The position numbers were made by a program, and so were the translations under genes. Positions 19,096 through 27,734 of a DNA stretch of 30,043 nucleotides are shown here, one piece after another (within the stretch, counting starts at the first letter, position 1; the number at the start of each line of letters is the position of its first letter). The notes beneath the pieces were generated by a model, which did not search any database, was not told the origin of the DNA, and saw only the letters and a program-made list of their open reading frames with translations. The stretch is from Promethearchaeota archaeon (GTDB lineage Archaea > Asgardarchaeota > Lokiarchaeia > Sigyniarchaeales > SOKP01): positions 28,014 through 58,056 of the forward strand of contig JBHLMP010000018.1 of assembly GCA_048938025.1 (NCBI GenBank), given 5' to 3'.

Positions 19096-20666
19096 TTTAA
19101 TTTTATTTTATCTATATTGAAATTCATTATTTTAATTAGTTCAAATTTAGAAATTTTATTTAGTGGAGCCCCAGAATATAGAGATTTTGAATTTAATTTA
19201 GCATTTTTGGCTGTAACTGATAATGGAAGCAAGAATGCATTATTTTCAATTTCAGATCCTGGAGCAATACAGCAACAATCTGATATGACCACATTATCTT
19301 TTATATTTATACTTTTTATGGTTAAAAATTTATCCCATAGATGGTTTTCAATTAAACATCTTCCAAGATATGTATTTTTACCTATATGTAATAATTCTTT
19401 TGCAATATATGAGTCTTCTATTACTGTATTTTTTCCAAAATTACAATTACCGATGAAATTAAAACCTGATATTAATAGCCAAGGAAAAGGACTTCTTTGT
19501 AATTTCCATTTAACATAACGTAACAAAAATGAACGAATAAAATAATTATTATACTCTTTATTTTTGTTATTCCAATGATAAACACCTTCTTTGATTAGGG
19601 TTTTACGCTGAATTAAATTATAGATAATTTTTGAAAATAATATTATAATTGATAAGTTAATTATATATAGAGCAATAAATATTAAAGGGGTGATTAGAAG
19701 AATAAGTAATGAGGGGAAGGAGCTAAAGATATGAATAAAATTAGGTGTTTGCAGGATATATGGAATAAAAAATTGAAGATTATAATAAATAATTCCGAAA
19801 GTGGGAATAAAATAAGAAATAAAATAAATAAAGGCAATGATCAGTAAGTTATAATGAAAATTTTTTACAAATTTTCCTCCTTGAGTAGCTATATTTTTAA
19901 CATTATTAGTATGGGCATCATTTGGATTGTTATTTTTATTAAAAACTGAGTTTCTTAATTTTTGATATAAGTTTTTTGATTTATTATCTAATTTTTCATT
20001 AGTATTGTCTATATAGAAAGAATTTGGTCCTAATTTTTGATTATATTTTGTTATAGACATCGCTTCTATAATTGTATTCTTATCTATTTGAGTTCCTGGA
20101 GTAATAAATGAATTTGAACCAACTATTACATTATCTTTAATTTCTACTCTCTTAATGATTAAATAGTTTCCTAAAATTATACTGGCTTTAATGGAACACC
20201 CTTTACCAATAAAAATCTTTTTCCCTAATTCGATGAATTCAGAGTCATTATCGAACCACTTGTAATTAAGCTTTTCCACAAATGGTAAAGGAATGAATCT
20301 TGAGACCCATATAGGCCATTTTTTTACCACGGCCCTTAAACTCCAAAAGTAATAATCTTTATTTCTTTTGTTTCTTTCAAAGATACCTTCCTTAGGTTTA
20401 TGAATGAGATTTATTATAACTAAAAAGATTTTTGCCAATATAATGGAGCTCAAAACTAAAATTATGTAGTCTAAATAAATCTGAATTGGAAGCAGTATAA
20501 GTAATAGAGAATAGCTCTTCTCAACTAATTTCCAAAAAAAATAAAACTCTAATATTGAAGGTATTATTGAGCCCCAAATAATTAAAATGTAGATAATTAA
20601 AAATTTCTTAGAAGTTAAAGTATTCGTGGTGAATGGCCCATGGTGAATTGAGACAGGAATGGACAA
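19092..20666 (-). CDS. Membrane protein with two TM-hairpin plus left-handed beta-helix modules
   Basis: Duplicated architecture: TM-TM-HKPKEGIF...IKDNVIVGSNSFITPGTQI and TM-TM-IKEGVY...IKDNVVISDCCCIAPGSEI...YSGAP. Start uncertain: TTG 20666, with the frame open about 20 codons further upstream. Confidence 0.8.
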   Translation of the reverse strand: MSIPVSIHHGPFTTNTLTSKKFLIIYILIIWGSIIPSILEFYFFWKLVEKSYSLLLILLPIQIYLDYIILVLSSIILAKIFLVIINLIHKPKEGIFERNKRNKDYYFWSLRAVVKKWPIWVSRFIPLPFVEKLNYKWFDNDSEFIELGKKIFIGKGCSIKASIILGNYLIIKRVEIKDNVIVGSNSFITPGTQIDKNTIIEAMSITKYNQKLGPNSFYIDNTNEKLDNKSKNLYQKLRNSVFNKNNNPNDAHTNNVKNIATQGGKFVKNFHYNLLIIAFIYFISYFIPTFGIIYYNLQFFIPYILQTPNFIHIFSSFPSLLILLITPLIFIALYIINLSIIILFSKIIYNLIQRKTLIKEGVYHWNNKNKEYNNYFIRSFLLRYVKWKLQRSPFPWLLISGFNFIGNCNFGKNTVIEDSYIAKELLHIGKNTYLGRCLIENHLWDKFLTIKSINIKDNVVISDCCCIAPGSEIENNAFLLPLSVTAKNAKLNSKSLYSGAPLNKISKFELIKIMNFNIDKIKLK

Positions 20667-20754
20667 TATTTTATTATATTGCGATTCAAATTTAATTGTA
20701 AAATTAGTATATTCTTTAACAATTAAAGTTTATTCATAGATCACTTAAAGGAAA

Positions 20755-20910
20755 TTATTTAAATTCTCGAAACTCAGGTTTTTCTTTCGATTCTTTCTTT
20801 TTCTTTTCCCCGGATGTTAAGATATACCATGTACTATTTACGCCTAATTCTTTTAATTTTTTACGTTCTTCTTCTAAATCTTCATCTGGTTCTATTTCTT
20901 CTTCACTCAT
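20755..20910 (-). CDS. Small 51-aa charged hypothetical protein (not in the ORF track)
   Basis: Read by hand: ATG at 20910, MSEEEIEPDEDLEEERKKLKELGVNSTWYILTSGEKKKKESKEKPEFREFK, TAA at 20757-20755; purine-rich coding-like composition. Confidence 0.55.
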   Translation of the reverse strand: MSEEEIEPDEDLEEERKKLKELGVNSTWYILTSGEKKKKESKEKPEFREFK

Positions 20911-21107
20911 TATTGGCACTCAAATAATATATAAATTATTCATCTTATTAATTTATTTTTTAAAGCTTTATATTTATTCGTTTTGAAAAATAAAGCTAAA
21001 AATAAAATCATTGATGGAAGATTCTAAATAAAATTTTATATCATTACTTTTTTTATTTTATAAATTATTAAATATTTGAAAAGTGTTTATTTTGAGAGGT
21101 TTAATTA

Positions 21108-22082
21108 ATGCCTAATTGTTATCATTGCGGAGAGGAAATCCTTGAAAGGGAAGTTTTCCAATGCAGCGAATGTGGTCAAAATTATTGTTCTTTGCATAGA
21201 GATCCTATAAATCATGAATGTAATATTGTAAAAGAGAATTTAAATTTACAAAGATTTCAACCACCAACTCCATCTTATGTTGACAGTTCTCAAATATCAA
21301 CAACTCCACAAGAAAGTATATATCAGCAACAAATTACTCAAGGAGAAATGCGTGGAACAACAGATGGGACATATACTTGGTATCGTCAAGAAAGTCTTGT
21401 TCCTGAAAATGCTTTTGCTCCAGATTCAGGTATTAAATTCAAGGGAATTCTACTTCCTCATAAATCAGAATTCCTACATTTATTAATTGGGGCTACACTT
21501 ATTTTCATCATAGGTCTACTCACTTTTTACAACAGAGATTTGATTGATAATAATCTAACATGGGCGATATTCATGTTAGCTAGTTTTTATATGACTGCCT
21601 TTCTTTTTCATGAATTTGGTCATCGTCAAGTAGCCGTACATTTTGGCCTTCAAACAAAATTTAGATTATTAACTTTTGGAATGTTAATAACATTATTTGG
21701 TCTAGTCTCTAGCATAATGTCATTTATAAGTGGAGTGATAGGTCTACCAGCATTAGCACTTCCTGGAGCTGTTGTAGTTCTGGGATTAGATAAAATAGAT
21801 AGAACAACAGGTCTATGTAAAGCAGCAGGTCCTATTGTTAATCTTGTATATGGTTCTATACTTTTAGTAATATCTTTTATAATTCCAAGAGATCTATATC
21901 CATTGAATATTCTAATTGGTGTTGCAGCATATTTGAATTTCTGGTTAGGTTTATTTAACATGATTCCGATCGGAATTTTAGATGGACAAAATATATGGAA
22001 ATGGAATAAGAAGATATTTTTGATCCTATTTACATCTTTGTTAACACTGCTAATAGTAACACATATATATGTTTATGCATAA
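21108..22082 (+). CDS. AN1 zinc finger plus M50 (site-2 protease family) intramembrane metalloprotease
   Basis: CYHC...CSEC....CSLH.....HEC (AN1), low-complexity linker, HEFGH zinc motif, AAGP, FNMIPIGILDG; GAGG upstream of the ATG. Confidence 0.9.
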   Translation: MPNCYHCGEEILEREVFQCSECGQNYCSLHRDPINHECNIVKENLNLQRFQPPTPSYVDSSQISTTPQESIYQQQITQGEMRGTTDGTYTWYRQESLVPENAFAPDSGIKFKGILLPHKSEFLHLLIGATLIFIIGLLTFYNRDLIDNNLTWAIFMLASFYMTAFLFHEFGHRQVAVHFGLQTKFRLLTFGMLITLFGLVSSIMSFISGVIGLPALALPGAVVVLGLDKIDRTTGLCKAAGPIVNLVYGSILLVISFIIPRDLYPLNILIGVAAYLNFWLGLFNMIPIGILDGQNIWKWNKKIFLILFTSLLTLLIVTHIYVYA

Positions 22083-22312
22083 TTTTCTAGTAGCCCTTCT
22101 GTTCCATAGGAATGTAATGTTAGTATAAAAGCTTTAAAAATCTTATTTATTTATACTTTTGAACATATAAAATTAATAAAAACAGCTAAAACAAAATTTG
22201 AAAACAAAAAATTATGAATGATAAAAATTTTAAATAAGTATACTTTGAAAAATTTTATCATTTTAATCAAAAATTTCGAATAAAACCTTTTGAATGATTA
22301 TAGGGAAGAAAA

Positions 22313-23257
22313 GTGACGTATTGTGAATTTTGTGGGGAGCAGATTAGTTATCTACCATTTACTTGCAAATTTTGTAGGGGAACTTTTTGTAAAAAACATC
22401 GTTTACCAGAGAATCATCAATGCACTTTTGAATTAAAACATATTCCAGTTGTGCCAACCACTCCAAGAGAACGACAGAAACGTTATCTAGATGTTGCTGT
22501 AAAAAAGCCTGCTACTCAAGAATATTTAACTAAAGGGCCTAGAGTATTAAAGAAATACTTAAAAAGGCAAGAAAAACAAAGAAGGCAAACAATGAGAAGT
22601 TATAGAGAATCGTATAGAGGAGCTCCTCAATATAATTACACTAAAATATTGTTTGCGATGATTATACTTTTTTCGATTATCAGTTTAGTTTTTTTTTATA
22701 GTGGAATACCACAATATATGTTTTTTAGTTTACCAGGGCTTATCTATAATTATACATATTATACTTTTTTTACAGCGCTTTTCGTAAGTTCTGGAGATTT
22801 TTTTGGGCTGTTTTTTTTATTCATAATGCTAATTTTTTTATACTTTATGGCTAGAGGCATTGAATTAAATCATGGTTGGAAGTTTTTAATAAAACTTTAT
22901 GTTGTATGTTGTTTATTTTCAGCATTATTTTTTGTTTTATTAAGATTGGCATTAATATATGAACCTTTAGACTTTTATAATGGATGGGAATATTTTGGAT
23001 TTGCATGGGGAGGAATATATGGTTTAATTTCCTATTCAATTTTTCCAATTATGAATCGCCAAATTACAGCATTAATGACGTTTATTCCACTTAGAATGAG
23101 AGGAAGATCTTTTTTATTAGTGATAATTTTAATAAGACTAATACCTGGATTATTATTTGCTCTAGCCTCCCCCATATACTTGTTGTTTTATTTACCTGAA
23201 TTAGGGGGAATTTTAGGAGCTTATATTATATATAAATATCAATTTGGACGGATATAA
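22313..23257 (+). CDS. AN1 zinc finger plus rhomboid-fold membrane protein, catalytically inactive
   Basis: CEFC...CKFC....CKKH.....HQC (AN1); 6-7 TM segments in a rhomboid-like pattern. GFAWGGIYG sits where GxSG is expected and PELGG where AHLGG is expected. GTG start. Confidence 0.75.
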   Translation: MTYCEFCGEQISYLPFTCKFCRGTFCKKHRLPENHQCTFELKHIPVVPTTPRERQKRYLDVAVKKPATQEYLTKGPRVLKKYLKRQEKQRRQTMRSYRESYRGAPQYNYTKILFAMIILFSIISLVFFYSGIPQYMFFSLPGLIYNYTYYTFFTALFVSSGDFFGLFFLFIMLIFLYFMARGIELNHGWKFLIKLYVVCCLFSALFFVLLRLALIYEPLDFYNGWEYFGFAWGGIYGLISYSIFPIMNRQITALMTFIPLRMRGRSFLLVIILIRLIPGLLFALASPIYLLFYLPELGGILGAYIIYKYQFGRI

Positions 23258-23355
23258 AATTATAACTCAGTCGATAATTAAAATCCATAAAAATTATCAA
23301 GGAATCTACTTTATTTTTAATAATCTTTTTTAACAAAATATTTCAAATTCTTAAA

Positions 23356-24012
23356 ATGTCTAAAGAGCACAATTCTAAAATTATTGAGTTAAATGAGGAT
23401 TTAATTGAAAATAATGACAGGTTAGCTGCACAAAATAGTAAATTATTAAGAAAGAAAAATATAAGAGCGTTTGACTTTGTGGGTGCTATCGGAGCAGGCA
23501 AAACAGCAATTATAGAATCTATTGTAGAAAGAATCTCAAATGAGTATAAAGTTTTAGTTATAAATGGTGATGTTACTACAAGAATAGATGCCGACAGGAT
23601 TGAACAGCATGGTGTAAAAACGATCCAAATTAATACTGGTAGAGAATGTGCCTTAAATTCATATCATATCTCTCAAGTAATAAATCACTATGATTTAAGT
23701 GAAATTGACATTTTATTTATTGAGAATGTTGGAAATTTGATCTGTCCATCTGATTTTATTTTAGGAGCAGAAAAAAGAATTGTTATCGTTTCAATAACAG
23801 AGGGTCCTTGGGTTGTTCGCAAACATCCAATGTTATTTAAGTTTTCTGATATAGCAGTCATAAATAAAATTGATTTAATAGATGTAATGGACGTAAATGT
23901 TGAAGAGATGCTAGAGGATGGATTAAAAATTAACCCAAATCTCAAAATTTTTACTACAAGTGCTAGAACTGGTGAGAACATTTCTGAACTTATAAATGTA
24001 ATTTTAGATTAA
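23356..24012 (+). CDS. hypB: Hydrogenase nickel incorporation GTPase HypB
   Basis: GAIGAGKT, GDVTTRIDA, QINTGREC, IENVGNLICP, SITEG...KHP, INKIDL, TSARTGE. Confidence 0.93.
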   Translation: MSKEHNSKIIELNEDLIENNDRLAAQNSKLLRKKNIRAFDFVGAIGAGKTAIIESIVERISNEYKVLVINGDVTTRIDADRIEQHGVKTIQINTGRECALNSYHISQVINHYDLSEIDILFIENVGNLICPSDFILGAEKRIVIVSITEGPWVVRKHPMLFKFSDIAVINKIDLIDVMDVNVEEMLEDGLKINPNLKIFTTSARTGENISELINVILD

Positions 24013-24078
24013 TAGAATTAAGAATAAAAACAAAAGAAAATAATAATATTATTAAAGAAAAAAAAGTTCTGATGTAAA

Positions 24079-24507
24079 ATGGCAATTAGACAATATAATA
24101 CAGAATTAGGATCATTAATAGATAAGATTGTAAAAGTATATCTTGATAAAGAAAAATTCTTTGTCGGTCAATTAAAAGGAATTTCTGAAGATTCAAACCT
24201 TATCCTTATCAATGCCAAAAATGAAAAAAATAAACCCTTTCCAAAGATATTTATAAGAAATTTTTTTTATAATTTTGTAAGTTTAGAAGAAGAACCTTTC
24301 CCTATGAAAGCATTGGCAGATAGAATTGCTACAATTTTTTCAAAAGGGCATGTGAATTATATTGGAGATCAGAACATAATTTCAATTCTAAATGGAAAGA
24401 TAATCGTTGATGAAAATGAAGTAAGAGGGACTGGCCCTTCGGCAGAGAGAGTTAAAAAAATTTTCGAGCAATTTAAAATGGATCTGGAAAGTCCTAATGA
24501 GGAATAA
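24079..24507 (+). CDS. Sm-like archaeal protein with C-terminal domain (SmAP3 type)
   Basis: Sm fold (LIDKIVKVYLD..FVGQLKGIS..NLILINA..KIFIR) plus an approximately 70-aa C-terminal domain ending VRGTGPSAERVKKIFEQF, as in SmAP3. Confidence 0.8.
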   Translation: MAIRQYNTELGSLIDKIVKVYLDKEKFFVGQLKGISEDSNLILINAKNEKNKPFPKIFIRNFFYNFVSLEEEPFPMKALADRIATIFSKGHVNYIGDQNIISILNGKIIVDENEVRGTGPSAERVKKIFEQFKMDLESPNEE

Positions 24508-24543
24508 CTTTTTTTTTAATTTTTAACTCCATAATAATTTATA

Positions 24544-25035
24544 TTACTCAAAAATTCTTAAGAGACTCTTTAAATGTAGATCTTGGACAATGTTCTTCAG
24601 TAAAGCTTTTCCTAACGGTGTTACTTTAATGATGCCTAAATTCTCAAATTCTCTTATATAATCATTATCAATTAAAAATTTTATATCTGAATTCCAGACG
24701 TTGCCAAAAATTTCTTTTAAATCATTTAGTTTAATATTCTCATCAACTTCTTTGCTAAGAGCAAGAATTAGCGCTAAGGTACCATATTGAGAAGGCGTTA
24801 TATTATCATCTTTCCCATAAGATGTTAATATATAATAATTTTGATCTAAAAATTTGGACGTAATTAACTCAAATCCTACATTTTTTAAATTCAAATAAAC
24901 TTTACTAATAATATTATTAAATTCAAAATTCTTACATAAATTCCTTAAATCTTCCTCTCGAATCATTTTTTGGGGATTGGTTAAAATAATTCTTGTAATA
25001 TTTCGTACTACCTCTTCAATGTTTGTTCCTTCCAT
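24544..25035 (-). CDS. Tandem winged-helix protein, KITE (Nse1/Nse3-MAGE/ScpB)-like
   Basis: Pattern IIL..KMIREEDL...FNNIISKVYLNLKNVGFELI...YYILTS, linker, ITPSQYGTLALIL..., FLIDNDYI...KVTPLGK. Recognised by eye only. Confidence 0.55.
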   Translation of the reverse strand: MEGTNIEEVVRNITRIILTNPQKMIREEDLRNLCKNFEFNNIISKVYLNLKNVGFELITSKFLDQNYYILTSYGKDDNITPSQYGTLALILALSKEVDENIKLNDLKEIFGNVWNSDIKFLIDNDYIREFENLGIIKVTPLGKALLKNIVQDLHLKSLLRIFE

Positions 25036-25046
25036 AATTTAATTTA

Positions 25047-26681
25047 TCAACTCTCTTCGATATTTATAATTCTTAAATTTTCAATTTTTTTTTTCATTTC
25101 TAAATTCGAAATAATAAATACCAAATTATTTGTTGTTAGATTTACCTCACTTTCAAATACAGGCAATATTTTTCTAATTGTTCTATAGATTGAAAGCTTG
25201 TTATATTGACTTGGTAAAAATAAATTTGAGAAGACAATCGTTTCAATTTTTAGAAGGATTTTAATTGAGATATGTAAAATTATAACAAAAAATATTTTTT
25301 CAGGAGTGGTTAATTTCTCAAATTTTATATGTTCTTCATTATTACGTACAAAATTTAGTTGAACAAAAAAAAATTTATTTTCATCATTGATCGTTATTTG
25401 TAATTGAGATTCTATATTGATTTTCGCTAAAAATTTATTGAGTAGTTCTTGAAGTTCATTAAGTAGGGTTTCAAATTTTCTAAATCTTTCAAAGATCTCT
25501 AACACTTCATTTTGATCATATTTAATAATGAGTTCTTTTCTTTCTAATTTTAAAAGCTCTTCAAATTCTAGTAATTTTTTAATAATTAAAGAAAAATTCT
25601 CTGGATTCTCTGGATCTATTTGAGTATTTAAATTTAAGATTTCATTTAATTCAGCGTTTAGATTTTCAATTTCTTCTTCGATTTCATTAGTTAATCTTAT
25701 AGATTGCACATTTTTGATGTTAAGATCTTCATCTGAAATATCTTCATATTCTTTTATTTTTTCTTTATATTCATCTTTTAGTTTATTTATTTTATAGTGA
25801 TCATTTTCAATTATATCTAAAAGATTTTGGTAGTCTTTTTCAAATATTTCATACCGGGGATATAATTCTTCAAATTTTAAACTAGTTTCATGTAATTTTG
25901 TTTTAATTTCATTAATCTCATATTGAATCTTTTTAGCTTTTGTCTGAAGGGCTTGGATTTTTTCTGCATTTGTTAAATTTTCATCGAATTCTATTGTTAA
26001 TTTTAAATCATCTTTCTTTTCCTTTTTTACTCCTTCCATTTGTCTTGTTATCCTATTAATCTGATTAAAACATTCTTTCTTTTGTTTATTTAAATTCTGG
26101 ATTTTTAAATTATAATCATCTAATGTTTTCTTAACTTGATCAATTTGATTTTTACGTTGTAGAAAGTCTTCTTCCAAATATTTTAATTTATTCTTGTTAT
26201 TTATTAGTGATTCATTTAGTTTTTCTATTAAATTTGAAATAGCAGTTAATTCACTTGATCGTTTACTAGCTTCTGATAATTTTAATTCTTTTAATAATAT
26301 CTTCTTTTTTTTAAGAAGTAGATTAAATTCAAAAGTATGAATTATAGACTGAATCAGTTTATTATATTGAGAAAAAATTTCAATATTATTGTTAATTGTT
26401 CTAAGAAATTCTCCCAAGTAGTCTAATAGTTTTGGGGCTTCACTTAATTTAGAAAAATTTTTCGTTTGATTTTGAAAAATTTCAATAAATTCATCAATCG
26501 GAATTAAATCATAATTTTTGGTGTCTGTCAAATAACTTTCATCTTGAAACTGAGCTAATAAATTTTTTTTGAATTTTCCAAGGATTAAAGTAAATCTATC
26601 AGTAATCACAATTTCTTTTTTGCCAATGGAAATTTTCAAATTATTTAATTGAATTGGAGATTCAGCTCTATTTTTTTTCAA
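25047..26681 (-). CDS. SMC/Rad50-like coiled-coil protein with degenerate ABC ATPase head
   Basis: N-terminal head strands IQLNNLKI...FTLILGKFKKNLL (P-loop truncated), long heptad coiled coil, C-terminal EKLTTPEK (signature position) and TIVFSN (Walker B position without DE). Confidence 0.6.
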   Translation of the reverse strand: MKKNRAESPIQLNNLKISIGKKEIVITDRFTLILGKFKKNLLAQFQDESYLTDTKNYDLIPIDEFIEIFQNQTKNFSKLSEAPKLLDYLGEFLRTINNNIEIFSQYNKLIQSIIHTFEFNLLLKKKKILLKELKLSEASKRSSELTAISNLIEKLNESLINNKNKLKYLEEDFLQRKNQIDQVKKTLDDYNLKIQNLNKQKKECFNQINRITRQMEGVKKEKKDDLKLTIEFDENLTNAEKIQALQTKAKKIQYEINEIKTKLHETSLKFEELYPRYEIFEKDYQNLLDIIENDHYKINKLKDEYKEKIKEYEDISDEDLNIKNVQSIRLTNEIEEEIENLNAELNEILNLNTQIDPENPENFSLIIKKLLEFEELLKLERKELIIKYDQNEVLEIFERFRKFETLLNELQELLNKFLAKINIESQLQITINDENKFFFVQLNFVRNNEEHIKFEKLTTPEKIFFVIILHISIKILLKIETIVFSNLFLPSQYNKLSIYRTIRKILPVFESEVNLTTNNLVFIISNLEMKKKIENLRIINIEES

Positions 26682-27708
26682 AATGGTCTTTAAATTTTTT
26701 ATATTCTTTTTGTTTTCTTTTTTTTCTTTCTCTTATTAAATCGAGTGGATCTTGTTTATCATCTTTTGGAATCATATAGTCATCTTTGAATCTCTTTTCA
26801 AACTTAGACTTAAATTTATTAATTTTTTCAGATATTTCATCACTAATTTCTAAAGGTTTTTTTTCTTCAACTTCTAGAGCAATATCAGATAATTTATCTC
26901 TTTTTTTTTTACGTCTTCTTCTTTCGAATTCCGTGTCAGAATATTTAAAGTATTCCTCATACGTTTCTCTTTGCTCTTCTTGCTTCTTTTTTAATTTTTC
27001 TAATTCTTCTTTTTCTCTAGCTTTTATTATAATTTCTTCCTTTGCTATTAATTCTTGTTTGGTTAATTGGGTTTCGGTTTCTTTTAAGAATTCTTTGAAA
27101 TTTAAATTAGGGTTTTCCATAAAAACTCTTTCGTACTCTTTTACTAATAATGTGTCTGTATCATTAGGAATTTTACTTAATTCTATTTTAAGTTTCTTTT
27201 GAATTAAATCATTATAAAATGAATTAACTTTATTTATTACGTTTAAGAACAAAGAATTTTGTTTCAAAGAATCTATTAATTCTAACCATTGGCTTAATTC
27301 AACAGAACGGATGAAAGAAGGTTCATCAATGACTCTACTAATTGTTTTATTTTCTATAAGAAATAAACCAATTTTCTTAGTATTATCTTGATTTATTTTT
27401 AATTTCCTTAAGTTTTCTTTAAAAAGATCTTTATACTTTTTAATTAAGTTATCTTGAAATTCTAAAAATTTTTTAATGTTATTATTTGAAATCTCAATTA
27501 ATTTAATATTTAAATTATTCAATAAATTAGTTATACCTTCTATTTGTTCAAGAATTACTTCATTAGAAAATTGTTTAATTAGAAATTGTTTGTTTTGTAT
27601 AACTGTTTTTGAAATTTCATTTAAGTGATTAATCTCACTTTGAAGTTCTTCTATTGGAGAAGTTAATTCCTTAATTTTTTCAAGGTTAAATATTTGGTTT
27701 TTTATCAT
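26668..27708 (-). CDS. Hypothetical highly charged coiled-coil/helical protein
   Basis: 346-aa ATG ORF rich in Lys/Glu; overlaps the SMC-like gene by 14 bp. Confidence 0.7.
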   Translation of the reverse strand: MIKNQIFNLEKIKELTSPIEELQSEINHLNEISKTVIQNKQFLIKQFSNEVILEQIEGITNLLNNLNIKLIEISNNNIKKFLEFQDNLIKKYKDLFKENLRKLKINQDNTKKIGLFLIENKTISRVIDEPSFIRSVELSQWLELIDSLKQNSLFLNVINKVNSFYNDLIQKKLKIELSKIPNDTDTLLVKEYERVFMENPNLNFKEFLKETETQLTKQELIAKEEIIIKAREKEELEKLKKKQEEQRETYEEYFKYSDTEFERRRRKKKRDKLSDIALEVEEKKPLEISDEISEKINKFKSKFEKRFKDDYMIPKDDKQDPLDLIRERKKRKQKEYKKFKDHFEKK

Positions 27709-27734
27709 TTTTATAGAAAAATATTATTAGCATT

